NCBI GenBank assembly: GCA_002256025.1
Contig: NKIB01014732.1
Span: 1-41,097, forward strand
Source of the DNA: Asterionella formosa
Taxonomy: Eukaryota
Length of the DNA: 41,097 bases
Direction: 5' to 3'
Every line of letters begins with the position of its first letter. Within the stretch, counting starts at the first letter, position 1. The notes below the pieces were generated by a model, which had not been told where the DNA came from, ran no database searches, and worked only from the letters and a program-made list of their open reading frames with translations. The translations under genes were made by a program, and so were the position numbers. This document shows positions 11,424 through 23,109 of this stretch, in pieces.

Positions 11424-12751
11424 ATGAGCTCTGAAATGAAAGATCCTCCCACCGCCACGACGAAACCAGTCGACGAAGAAGTCGGCTGGGAAGATTGGGA
11501 CGAAGATCAGCGACGGGCGCTGGGAAAATCCCATCTGAGAGTTATCGCATCACTCAAAGAATACACGGAGAGAAATGCTCGTCCACAACAAATTGTCCCT
11601 CTTGAAATTGATCTCCAGAAAGGAGGAAGTGAAAGTCGAAGGAAGGGGTACTTGAACAAAAGGTGTCTAGTGATGTGTTCAGTAGGCCTCCTCGCTGTCG
11701 CTGGAATTACCTCTGCCATTATTCTCCTACCACATCACGGTGCACTTCCGCCGCAGGAGGTTTTGTTTCCAAATTACTCAGTATCTGGAAGCATGTTAGG
11801 GCTGATCGGTCACCGTAAGTGGTCGCCACCTCAATATAAAGACTTGCTTTCAGACGTTGACCTGCCCATCAACAATGTGCAACCACTCTTATGGACAATG
11901 CCACGAAGCGGTAGCCTCTGCGTTATGGATATTCTAAGTTACTGCGTCAAGCTTACTTTGTCGAATGGAGCTGGAAGAGGACACGATGAAGAGGAAGTAA
12001 GTTGACTTTAATGGGAGGCGATTGCTGCTATTTCTCAAACATTGTTCCTAACCTATTGTTCCTATTGTTTCAGTCACTTACCATCTTTACTGAGAAAGAA
12101 AACATTGCCCACTTTGCCAACGTTGACACTACGACTTTTCAGGGGCTAAAGCGTGCTGAACGCTTAGGTTTGATAGAAAGCGGACTGATCCAGGTCCTGG
12201 CTACTCCTCACCTTCCCGAAGCATCTAACCTGTTTCAAAACAAGGCTAAGACTGGGCGTGTCTTTGCCATTTTCAGAGATCCAGTCAGCCGAGCGGTCTC
12301 TGATTATCATTTTCTAAGGAGTCTTGACTTGGACGATCCATTGGCTCTTCCTGAAGTGATGTCTCTGAGCCAATTCGTCGAATCTGAACATCTAAGGACC
12401 AATGTTCTTACGAAGACTCTAGCCAACATTGTTGACAACACATTTGTCACTGAAGTCCATGTCATGTTTGCCAAACAAGTTCTTCAAGAAAAGATATTGG
12501 TAGGTTTGGCTGAGAACTTTGATGAGTCGTTGAACAGGTTCTTGGCGTACTTTGGTTGGGTGCTACATGATTCCGTCTGTGCCGCCAATTTCAAGGCAGC
12601 TAGAGATACTAGGGAGTCTCATCCACACCTGAATGACGAGCAAGAGGAGTATCACACATTGCGAGATCGCAACTGGGCTGACGTTGAAGTTTATGAGTTC
12701 GCCAAACTTGTGTTCGCGGGACAAAAGCAAATTAAGATTAGGAGTGACTAA
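11424..12751 (+). CDS. Sulfotransferase-like ST2 (type II membrane, variant PAPS loop); exons 11424-11996, 12074-12751
   Basis: A GTAAGT...TTTCAG intron (11997-12073, phase 0) joins two ORFs in frame (416 aa). TM CLVMCSVGLLAVAGITSAIILL; LWTMPRSGSLC; NVDTTT; FRDPVSRAVSDY; NWADVEVY. Confidence 0.85.
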
Positions 12752-13293
12752 AGCTGCAATGCTTTCTTCCTGAAAAGGTTACCAGGTACTTTCAAACATC
12801 TGTATTTTAGCCGATAAATTTTACCTATACTATGAAATCCTTCAGAATAGTTGGTCATTCGATCAACTGCCTTCCTGTCATTTGCCTACTTATTAGAAAT
12901 GCGCCCAATCGTCGTAGCATTGCTTATGCGATGATGTTCACAAAAAATCGAGGTGGGCAAATGGGACTGCTATATGAGATCTTCATGTATTAGCAATTAT
13001 ACATAAACTCTTTTTTTACATTTCTTGCATCACAACCTACGGTCATGATTTGTAGTATTACCTGTATGGCACCCCCTACAATAGTATATACTCTGCTATA
13101 GACAACAAACTTATAGATCGTTATAGTTGACACGATTTGAATTCGATCCACAACTTTTGTAGCCTCGTTGTGTTGAAGTTGACTCCTTACTTTGAACGCA
13201 GAGGAGCTAAAGATAAAGAACTAGTGGCGATAGCAAGGCAGTGGATGTAATTTACTCATTTCAATTGTGGTTCAAATCAAGGTTGAGGATACT

Positions 13294-15253
13294 TTACGGC
13301 ATATCAGCAAAGAGTTCAGTTCCTTGCTGCAAAAAGAGCAGAGTGGCATACTTGTAAAGCTTCATATCCAATTTGTTTTGCCAAATTAACAAGGACCAAG
13401 CTTGGGTACCTTCTTTCACCTTCCCCTTTGCCGATTCATTTGTTCTGTAATCCCCAACCAAAAAACGAGTTCTACAGGCAGTTTGTTTTTTTGTGTTCTC
13501 TGTATACTTCCATCCGAAGTAAAACTCAAACCGCCTCAAAGACTCTTCCTTTTGCTCCAAGAGGCCAATTAAAACCTTCTCTTTCAGAACCTTCTTGGCC
13601 AGTTCAAATTCTACTTCACCTACTTCGCCAGACATGTGATCTGTCAGCATTCGAACCATCCAGTTATTCTCAACATGTTTACTTTTGCTATAATCGTCCA
13701 AGGACATATCCACAATGGCAGGGACTTTGTGACTCTTGAGAAAGTAAAACATGGAAGCTGCCCGTTCAATGGGATGCCGAATCATAGCAAACGTCCTTCC
13801 ACGGTGAGACGACGAGAATAGACCAGACGCGGCTTGAAGGCGAGGCGAAACAATAAGCTGGGCCATCCCTGATTCAGCCAATCCAAGTGCTTTTGCTTCC
13901 GAAATTCCTGATATAGTTGTTGTATCGACGTTGACATACTTGTGATCGTAGATGGTAACGATTTCTAATTTCTATGGAAACAAGGCAGGACTAATAGTCA
14001 GTGTGGACTGATTGAATGTGAAAATTTTCAAGAAAAATCTCACTTACCGGAACAGGCTCGCCTTCCTTTCTTTGTGTAGCACCAACCTCACTTGCCACTA
14101 CTAAATCCTTGCAGTTTGATAAAATATTCTTCACCATACCACCTCCCGATCTTGGAATATACCACAACAAGGGGGTATCCTTATGTGATGGGTCCTTGGT
14201 GTAGATTTCTGCGAGACCAGCTTGCACGGATAGGGACATGTACTTCTCCGGATCAGCTTTGTCGAATTTCTCGAGCGTATCTACCGGGGCATTTTCCTCT
14301 TTGAGGATAGGGATCTTGTCATCTTGTTCACTTCCCTTGGTCCTTAGTTCTTCTAAAGGTGTGACTACTTCGTCACGTTCCAAGTATAACTTGGGTTTGT
14401 CCATGTAGTCATCTTTCTTTGGTACTTCTGCTAGCTTCTTGGCTTGTTCAGATGGTTCACTCATTCTTCCAAGTAATTCGATATTCATGGGGCGATCTTC
14501 GCCTTCATCAAAGGCCCTGTATTGTTTCTTGGTAATCTTTGATTTTCGGAAGTGCTTTCGAGTAAGGCTATTGCTGGATTTAAGCATTGCAATCCACTGA
14601 AAGGCACCATAAAGAATACCAAATAGAAAAAACAAAACAATGGATGCTCGAAGGTGGACTTGAGGGCCCGCGCTGCTGCTTTTGCCAGTCGGTCGGCTAG
14701 GACGCCGAGATTGCAAGATGCGACTTTGACCGATTGCAGGAGTCACCAATGGACGATGCGCGCTAGGAGACTCGGTCTGAGTCTCGTCGTCGCCATCCAG
14801 CTTGGCTCCCAAGCCCAAGTTCTCGAGAATACCTCCAATACTTTCTCCAGACTTTTCACCGACACTGCCAGACATACGGGAGCTTGCTCCACTCGCCGTC
14901 GATCGGTTTCCAGATTTATAGGTTCGCCGCTGGCGATGAGACATCGCTTGCGGCTCAGAGGGATAAATGTAAACTGAATCAATGGGCCTACCAGTGTCCA
15001 CGGTCAATGAATCCATATCCCTCGGGATATTGGAATGGTTCCCCTTCTTGGCGGTGAGTCCACTTGGTCTAATCGTTCCCGGCATTTCAGCCCGAGGGGC
15101 GTTGGCCCTAACTTGCGACGATTTAACAATTGGAAATACTGACGAGAGAGCGCTGGATTCGGCCTCAGAATAATCGTCATTTTTCTGGAAATCGTCAACC
15201 AAGCCATCAACCAGTTCATCGCCGCTTTTAGGAAGCTTCCTCCTAAGGGACAT
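13294..15253 (-). CDS. Sulfotransferase-like ST3 (type II membrane, variant PAPS loop); exons 15253-14048, 13971-13294
   Basis: A GTAAGT...CCATAG intron (14047-13972, phase 0) gives 627 aa. TM IVLFFLFGILYGAFQWIAML; LWYIPRSGGGM; YVNVDTTT; IRHPIERAASMFYF; NKLDMKLY. Confidence 0.87.
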
Positions 15254-16463
15254 TTTCGCTAGATCAGATGTAGGTTGTTCTATTCGTACGATGTGACAGT
15301 TTGATTTTTGTCCTTTTCTGAATATATTAGCAGAACCGTGGCAAGAGGGAAGTGCTTATACGATGTGGATCCTTTCGGCGGGAAGGGAGAAGAGCCTTAT
15401 AGCCTATTCCCGAGTTAGATACTGGTGCACCTTCTGTTGCAAACAGTGGAGACATTTCTCGGTGTCCTGGTTTTTCTCGTGTCGTTAATGGTGGTCTTAG
15501 TGTGTTACCGTACTGGAGTACATATTAAAAAATATGTCATTATTTACTATTTATTGGTCTTTTAGAATTGTTTTATTCTATGGTGAGCTGCTTGTACGAT
15601 ACTGACTACCTCGTACCAGGTACCGGTACCTGGTAGTGGGAGTACCTGGAATAAGCTAGCAGAGAAATATTACAACGTGCCCCAGGTAAGCAAAGTCATT
15701 CAATAGTGAACAGGCACAGTATGGTGGAAATATGTATGACCAATACACACCGGAATGTATGTTGAACAACCCATGGATTTATACCGGGCAGCCAAGAGCT
15801 CCTGGCTGGTAACCACACAGCAGTAAAACCAACAGGGTATGAAATTAATTAAATAGCACACAATAGTAGAATAAAGCACCTACCGGTAGTGAATGTTTTT
15901 CTCTGTGTGCGGCAATGAATGGATTCGTCATGATTTGCGCTGCAGCTCTATATATCGTGATCCGTTTATCCTTTACTAGGTAGCACTAGATAGGCGTAGT
16001 ACTAGCTGCATAAGAATAAGGAATTTACTGGAAAGGTGATGCTAATATTTTAAGAACTACATTTGCCAACATTTGCACCTTTGATGCTCCTCCCCTTTGT
16101 CTCAACTGCTTTGCCTTCTTGTTTTCTTGCCGCATTTTACCAAAGCAGTAGAAGTGGTCATCATTCAATGGCTCGCTTTTGCTGCCCTTTCCTTCATCAT
16201 CATGTGAACATGTGAAGTATACCCAACATGTCAATTATACTGGTAAGACATCATTTTACAATACACAAGTACTTCACTAGTGCTATTCCTATTCGCTAAA
16301 AATTTGGGCACAAGATTTGACCATTTTAGGATTTGGTCGATGCAGTGGGAAAACTATGAAAAATTCGACTACTGGTAAAATAATCCTCGACCAAGTGATG
16401 TGTTAGTATACTTTCAACTGCAATTGGCTTTGGTATTTGGTCGATGCTGTGACGATGCTCTTA

Positions 16464-16605
16464 GCGTTTACTTCGGAGTAGGCTCGTCTGCACGTATGTC
16501 CTCGTGTGCTTTTGCCTTGCGTTTTATGCACAACTTCGATGTGCGGCTTATTGTTTGCGTTTACTTCGAAGCGTGCTCGTCTGCACGTATGCCCTCGTTT
16601 GCTTT
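16464..16605. repeat. ~50-bp direct repeat (period 93) in the ST3/ST4 divergent intergenic region
   Basis: GCGTTTACTTCGGAGTAGGCTCGTCTGCACGTATGTCCTCG (16464) versus GCGTTTACTTCGAAGCGTGCTCGTCTGCACGTATGCCCTCG (16557). Confidence 0.8.
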
Positions 16606-16920
16606 AACGGTACCTGCTACGGTACGTAGCATTGTGATACGTCTCACCAACAAAGCTACCCGGTACCTGGTACCAGTACCGGCATGGCTGATCACGGTAT
16701 GTACGAACGAGGGTGTGGCATCCTCTTGTGACTGTTCAGCTTTGCTTATACAAATAATATCATTTTCACGGAGGTCGCTAAATAGATCTGTAAACTATGT
16801 CTGCTTCTGTTAATATTTTTTGAACATGGGACACGACCTTATTACTACAGACGCTGCGACGAAAACTTTGCCGCTTCACAGTAGTTCTCGTCACCTCCAG
16901 TCAGTGAACCACATTAGGGC

Positions 16921-19062
16921 ATGCAGCTTTTCAGAAAGAATGCGATAGAAAAAGGTGACAGCGATGAAGAGAGTGGAGTGGTCTCAATGGAATTTGAACG
17001 AAATGGGGAAGGCCACAACTTCAACCTGGATGCTATCTTGAGCCATGACATTTGCTCCCTTGCGTCTACAGTGAACGATCGAACTGGAATATCTTCCCTA
17101 TTTAAGGGTGCTCATAGACGGAGAGCACAGGTTAGGGATGATCTGACAGTAGCGACCCCGAATAATCTGAGAAAGGCAATGACTCCGTCGTCGTTAGCAT
17201 CATGGGAGAATTCGCCTGTACAAATGCTGACACCAGCTCATATTCGCGGGTCTCGTAATTCTCTCCCGCAAAACCAGTTTATAGATTCCCTCGTGAAGAA
17301 TCTGCGTATACCCTTTTGTATTCTGCTTGTGTTGGTTTTCTGGGGTCCACTGTTCTTACAAGGCTCACGTTCAATAGAAGAAAGCCAGCCTCAAATATTT
17401 CAACAAGTTTTCTCACATCCTCTAAAATCACCAATATTGGATGACAAGAAAAAAAATGTGCAGGAAAAATTTGTAAAGCAAAATAACTCGGCAAGTATGG
17501 AAAACAATGTCGATCAAAGATCGCAAGGCTTGGCCGGTCTCAGTCAACCAGTCCTCACAGCACTTCTGGCACTTAAGGACCGAGAATATCTTCCTGACCA
17601 AAAAGAATTTGTAGAAACGGCAAGCAAAGAGTCTCCCCCAATGAAAAATGAACGGGTAGATGACTTCTCACTAGACCAACTCTCGAACGAAGCTAAAGAA
17701 AACCTCAAGATTGCGGGTATAAAGCGACAGCTACCTCATGCTTGGCAAATGGAGGCAAAACAATTAGATAAACAAAAGCATCATCAAGAGCAGCAAGAGT
17801 CGAAACAGGAACAGATCCATTCTCAACAACTCAAACTCATGCAGCAACAGCGTCTTATAGAACAACAACTTCTACAGGAAACCCAGGTTTTATCTGGTAA
17901 GAAAAAGCAGTTGGACTTGCAACACCAAGCGGCAGGAAAGGCCCAGAAACCAATCCTGCAAGTCTTTGGTAACTATAATCAAGTACAATACAAACAGAAA
18001 TCGAATGATTCGCAGTCACAATTATTCCAGCAGAATAAATTCCGCGAGATCGCACAATTGCGTCAACCAAACCCAACACAACATAAACAACCCGCCTCTT
18101 TAGGGAGCTATTACCATGGATTGGCACCCGAACTTGTTCCTGATATTCTTCACGAGAAATTTGCCGATATTTGGTCGCCTATATCCCCGCAGGAAGTTCC
18201 GCTTTTTTGGCACATACCGAAGAATGGCGGCACGACTGTCGCAGATATCTTAACACACTGTTTGGACCTCGTTAGCGCTTCAAATATTGGAGCAACTGAG
18301 GGTCACGGGATGGAGCCTACCCTACAAGTGAGGGTATACGCAGATAAGGGGAAATATGTCAATGTTAATGCAGCTACACCTGATGGGCTCGAAAGAGCAA
18401 AACAATTGGGTTTAGTATCGTCTGGATTGGTCGATGTAATTGTTACGCATAGACTTCACTTGGGGGCAAGTTTGTACGATTCACAACATCAGGCGAGAGT
18501 TTTCGCCATGTTTCGGCATCCAGTAAAACGAGCTACATCCATGTTTTATTATCTACAACGAGCTAAATGGGAGCCGACTTACGACCATTCACTTGCTGAC
18601 TTGACTCTGGAACAATACGCGGAGTCTGGAAAGGCTGAAGAGAATTGGGTCACGCGTTTTCTGATTCACGAGTACACCAACCACCTTACCGAGGATCATG
18701 TAACGATGGCCAAGGAAGTAATGAGACGAAAGGTCGTCGTCGGTCTTCTAGACAGATTTGGTGATTCGCTAAAAAGATTCGAGCTGTATTTTGACTGGTG
18801 GCGAGCGAAAATTAAGCCCGACGCAGAAGAGAAAATGCAATGCCAACAGGAACGAGCTTTAGCCTCGAAAAACCACCTTCACCATCCTGATCCTCCGGAA
18901 TCATCTGCAGCCTTTAAAAAACTTGCCAAGTTGAATTGGGCCGACATGCAGCTTTTTCAATATGCGATCGATCTATTTGAAGAGCAGCAAGCATTGGTCA
19001 GTGAGAAGGATGCCTCCCTCACAAATGACTATATACGAGGGCAGGAACTACGCATTCATTAG
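16921..19062 (+). CDS. Golgi-type sulfotransferase ST4 (canonical PAPS loop, Gln-rich stem, intronless)
   Basis: 713 aa; TM IPFCILLVLVFWGPLFL; Q-rich stem; FWHIPKNGGTT; FRHPVKRATSMFYY; NWADMQLF. Confidence 0.9.
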   Translation: MQLFRKNAIEKGDSDEESGVVSMEFERNGEGHNFNLDAILSHDICSLASTVNDRTGISSLFKGAHRRRAQVRDDLTVATPNNLRKAMTPSSLASWENSPVQMLTPAHIRGSRNSLPQNQFIDSLVKNLRIPFCILLVLVFWGPLFLQGSRSIEESQPQIFQQVFSHPLKSPILDDKKKNVQEKFVKQNNSASMENNVDQRSQGLAGLSQPVLTALLALKDREYLPDQKEFVETASKESPPMKNERVDDFSLDQLSNEAKENLKIAGIKRQLPHAWQMEAKQLDKQKHHQEQQESKQEQIHSQQLKLMQQQRLIEQQLLQETQVLSGKKKQLDLQHQAAGKAQKPILQVFGNYNQVQYKQKSNDSQSQLFQQNKFREIAQLRQPNPTQHKQPASLGSYYHGLAPELVPDILHEKFADIWSPISPQEVPLFWHIPKNGGTTVADILTHCLDLVSASNIGATEGHGMEPTLQVRVYADKGKYVNVNAATPDGLERAKQLGLVSSGLVDVIVTHRLHLGASLYDSQHQARVFAMFRHPVKRATSMFYYLQRAKWEPTYDHSLADLTLEQYAESGKAEENWVTRFLIHEYTNHLTEDHVTMAKEVMRRKVVVGLLDRFGDSLKRFELYFDWWRAKIKPDAEEKMQCQQERALASKNHLHHPDPPESSAAFKKLAKLNWADMQLFQYAIDLFEEQQALVSEKDASLTNDYIRGQELRIH

Positions 19063-19816
19063 GTTTCCCTTATAAGGTGATTGCATTCTATTTGAAATAG
19101 ACCCTGGAAATCTAAATGGGGAAAGCGGTTTTCACATCTTCGGGTCCTTCCCTTCAGGTTAGTAACAGAGATGGCCATCCTCCCTTTCAATTTTTGCTCA
19201 ACTCAATTCAACGCTGCAAATGGAATTTTTGATTTGTGGGCTTGTGAGCTCATTCGATGTCACCCCCCTACAAGCAACGCCTTTTTACTCAGGACGAGTA
19301 AAGTTTGGTAGCGTTAAGGGACTGCAATAAGCACATTAATTTTCAACACTGCATTTTAAATACAGAGAAATGACATCGCCGCGTGCAAACTTTTCCCCTC
19401 GACTTGTATTTGACTAACGATGTATACGTTCCATTTTCTCTTTCCTGCTATGTAGGATCACTTTTATTAGCGTCTTGTTGATATTTCCCATTGCATTCTT
19501 CCTGATTAACCTTTGTGTCACTTTTAATCGTCGAAGCGCTACAACATTAATAATGAGGCGTACAATTAATGATGACATGTGCCCCCATACTTTGCTATTA
19601 TATTGCATTTATAAAGTTATAAGTATTTAGTAAACGTCAGCCACAATGGAGAGAACAAGCAGCAAGCACCGCGACAACAGATTGTTTGCATTGACTCGCA
19701 CAATTGCATATATCTGATATCATAACTGAAAGGTCCAAAATCTGACTTGAGCCAGCTTGAGAAATACAAGATCTTGAACGTATAATTGTCCCAATTCTAT
19801 TCCTGAAACCAATTCC

Positions 19817-20870
19817 CTAAGCTTTAGTTGGTGCCTTCGTTGGAGTCTTGGTTCTAAAAACAGGCGAATGTGGGGTTGGCGCGACTGGACGACTGGTTGG
19901 TCGCCTGGTTGGGCGTCTTGTTGGACGCTTGGTTGTACCATTCGCAACGCAATAAGTTGGCTTGTATGAAGACATGACGCAAGTTTGATTTTTAATCCAT
20001 GATGCGTAGTTGCTCACCCGAGTAAATACAGTAGGTGTGCCGTACTTGGCGCATCCAAAGACAGCATATGAAACAATGCCGAGTTGAACATCATTTGCAG
20101 TGCTGCTTCCTTTCGTGATGAGTGGACCTCCAGAGTCCCCGTAACAAGTCCCCTTGAAAGTGTTGTATGCACACATCATCGAGGCGGCGTCAAGGTATTG
20201 GCCATATGTACCTTGACAGATTCCATGTTCCACGTCCGAGACAGCAACTTCGCGCAAAACATAATTGGTGGCGGTATTTGGTGCTTCTGAAGTCACACCG
20301 AATCCCATCACTGTCTCAAATGCGCCGGTTGCTGGCACTGCCGAGTTGAAATTCAATTTAATTGGGTTGATCGACCAAACGCCTGCTGCAAGCTTGACGA
20401 TCATAATATCATTTATGGCGGTGTAAGTAAGTTTATAATTTGGATGAGGAGTCACTGAAGCGATTTTCCGAGTGATGTATGTAGATCCGCTAGCAAACGT
20501 CGAAATGCCCACAGAAGCGGTACTGGTAGCTAGATTCACGATCGTCTTGTCGTAGCAGTGAGCAGCCGTTAAAACCAGGTCTTTGTGAATCAAAGTGCCC
20601 CCGCAGACGACGTCGTTTTTCCCATCGACAGAGTTAAAAAAAAGTAAGGTAAAATATGGATATCGCTCCGAGTCCACTGCTGTGCCCCCAATAATGAGTT
20701 CTCTTTCAATAGGCGAAGCTGCTCCCATCAACAAGGGAAGTGCTAACAAAAGGAGGGAAATGAATTGGTACTACATGAGGAGGAGAATAGGAGATTGGTT
20801 TTAGAACAAAGTAGCGATATTGCAAACGAATGATCTTGACGACCGCAACGCGGAAGACTTGGGAAATCAT
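19817..20870 (-). CDS. Secreted S1 (trypsin-fold) serine protease with PTRR/PTKA tail; 5' structure uncertain
   Basis: IIGG, CGGTLI, LTAAHC, DIMIVKL, CYGDSGGPL. Signal peptide YQFISLLLLALPLLMGAA. The start needs either a short first exon (20870-20844, intron 20843-20771) or is disrupted (ATG TAG at 20776-20771). Confidence 0.9.
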
Positions 20871-22150
20871 AGCTATGGAGATTCATTCACGATCGCTGTT
20901 GGATCATTCAGTCTCGGTTGAGGTGCTGTTTTGCTATGTGAATGGCTCGATATTCAATTCATGATGGGACAGTTGTGTCCACAACTTCACTTACACGCAT
21001 GGTTAGAGCTGATGAAACACAACGACAGGGATGTTGCTCCGCCTTTTGCGTTGTTCTGGTGGCCAAGAGTGCTGATGGTGTAGGATGACGCGTCATGGTT
21101 GCTGTTGTAGGCCTTAGGATTGCGGAGAGTTGAGAAAAGCAAAAAATAATGATGGCGTCGGAGTGGGCTGTTTGCGAAGGAGAGGCGATCGAGCCGAGCA
21201 GGACATTTACCTACCTTGTCATGTAGCATTCACTACGTAGTACCAGGTCCCTGGTACCTGGTAACAGATAACAGATACTCCGAGAACCTGGTATGGAGTA
21301 CCAGGTACAAGGTACCAGTAGAAGCGGCATCATTGGCAATTGGCACTGATCATTTTTTAGCTCCTCATTACCCGCATAATATATTCATTCTTGATGCCGC
21401 AATATATGCTTATGTCGGTACATACCTACATAAAAGAGTCTGCCTGCCTTCTTTGCCTGCACGTTACACACAAATATCATGAATATTACTCCGCACCTAG
21501 GTAACCTGGCACCCGGTAGCAGGGACCATAACCGTTAACTAGCGGAGTGTAGGCTACTGGCGTACCAGGTACTCAGGTTGTAGTGGCAGTACGACCGCTT
21601 GTCAATCGTGTGTTTGTGGTTAACAGGTAGTGTCATTCGTGTATACGTCGTATACCGGGGACGCTCACCGTCTCCGGGGTATCTGATCACCCCGTGACGG
21701 TACCTGGTACCAGGTACCAGGGACTCCATCGAGGGCGTCGTTGTGGGCTCATTCGTCAGAGATTTTCACCTTCTTGCTTCTGGTTCATACGACTCAATAA
21801 ATTTTAAAATTTTGAATGTTTCAATGATATATATTCATGCACACAAAAGAAGAAATGATATGCAGAGGCAGTAGGTATGCATGATACCGGTATCTTGCAC
21901 GATTCTTTTTCATCTCGCACATACATGCTAGGAGTACAGGTTATTATAAGGACGTAGACAATACCGAGAACGACAGTGGATTCACAAGAATGTAAATGAT
22001 TAGCCCGATCTTACGGTGCCCGAAATACGAAGATTGACTCAAACGGAGACCTGTTGGGCCTTTAATGATCATTTTTTTCCTTCATTACGCGGCTAAATAA
22101 CTCGCAAATCCCCCCGATTACGAAGATTAGCTAATCTTCGTTCGTCTGAA

Positions 22151-22938
22151 GATTTGGGGTGTCATCCCCGATATTTACCCAATCTTCGTGTTGGCTTTTG
22201 ATGAAGGATCTTCGTTTCCCAAAGATTATATAGTAATGCAGCATCGTCGGGCAAACGAAGATTGTCTCAACCAATCAGAATGTCGGAAACAATACATGAT
22301 CGTCATCTCATTTACTGATGATATACTATACCGGGTAGTTGATACTTCTATTATTAGTATTTTGTCATTATTATTGCATAGTATTATTATAATAATTTTC
22401 AGACAACTCTTCGATTTATTTCTGTAAAAGGATAGCACTCATGGCACGAAGTTAGTGTACTTTGACGTCAACAGCACTGTGGAAAAGCGGAGCAAAACAT
22501 CCCAGTTAGCAGTAGAGATTGTCACTTAAATCATCAAGCTCATCATTGTGACAATCTTTGGTCTATATGAGCAGTTTTGTCTAGCTGCATCATGATGAAA
22601 CTACTTCTATATGACGTGTCTACCTCGAAACATACCAGCAGTAAAACTCCGAAAAAAATTATTGTTACTTCGCGATTTTCAACTTCTTCATCTTTCAGCC
22701 AATTTTAAAAGTCATGATAATCATATTAATAATTTGCAATAATAATGACAATAATACTAATAGAAGTATCGACTACAGGTACTATTTCATCAGTAAATGT
22801 GATGACGATTATACATTGTTTCCGCTATTCTGATTGGTGGAGACAATCTTCATTTGCCCGAAGCTTAATCTTTGGGAAACGAAGATTGTTCAAGAAAATA
22901 CGAAGATTGGGTCAAATATCGGGGATGACGCTAGAATC
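22151..22938. mobile_element. Foldback/long-inverted-repeat element, non-coding
   Basis: Diverged ~230-250 bp inverted arms (22151-22404 / 22711-22938), e.g. GTCATCCCCGATATTT / AAATATCGGGGATGAC and TCTTCGTTTCCCAAAGATT / AATCTTTGGGAAACGAAGA, around a ~300-bp spacer. Confidence 0.75.
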
Positions 22939-22954
22939 ACTCAGTATACACGTA

Positions 22955-23089
22955 GTTAACTTCTGGCGAGAAAGTGCAGAAAGGAACTTCGGTTATTTTA
23001 CTATGCCAAATGAACCGTTTGGCCCGGTAATTTCTGGTCTTTTCAGAATAGGAAAAAGCCGAACTTCCATTCTGCACTTTCTTGCCAGA
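22955..23089. other. Conserved hairpin, copy 2
   Basis: ~37-bp imperfect stem TCTGGCGAGAAAGTGCAGAAAGGAACTTCGG / CCGAACTTCCATTCTGCACTTTCTTGCCAGA with an inner GCCAAA...TTTGGC hairpin. Homologous to 6336-6459. Confidence 0.8.
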
Positions 23090-23109
23090 TCCTATGTCCT
23101 GATGATCTG

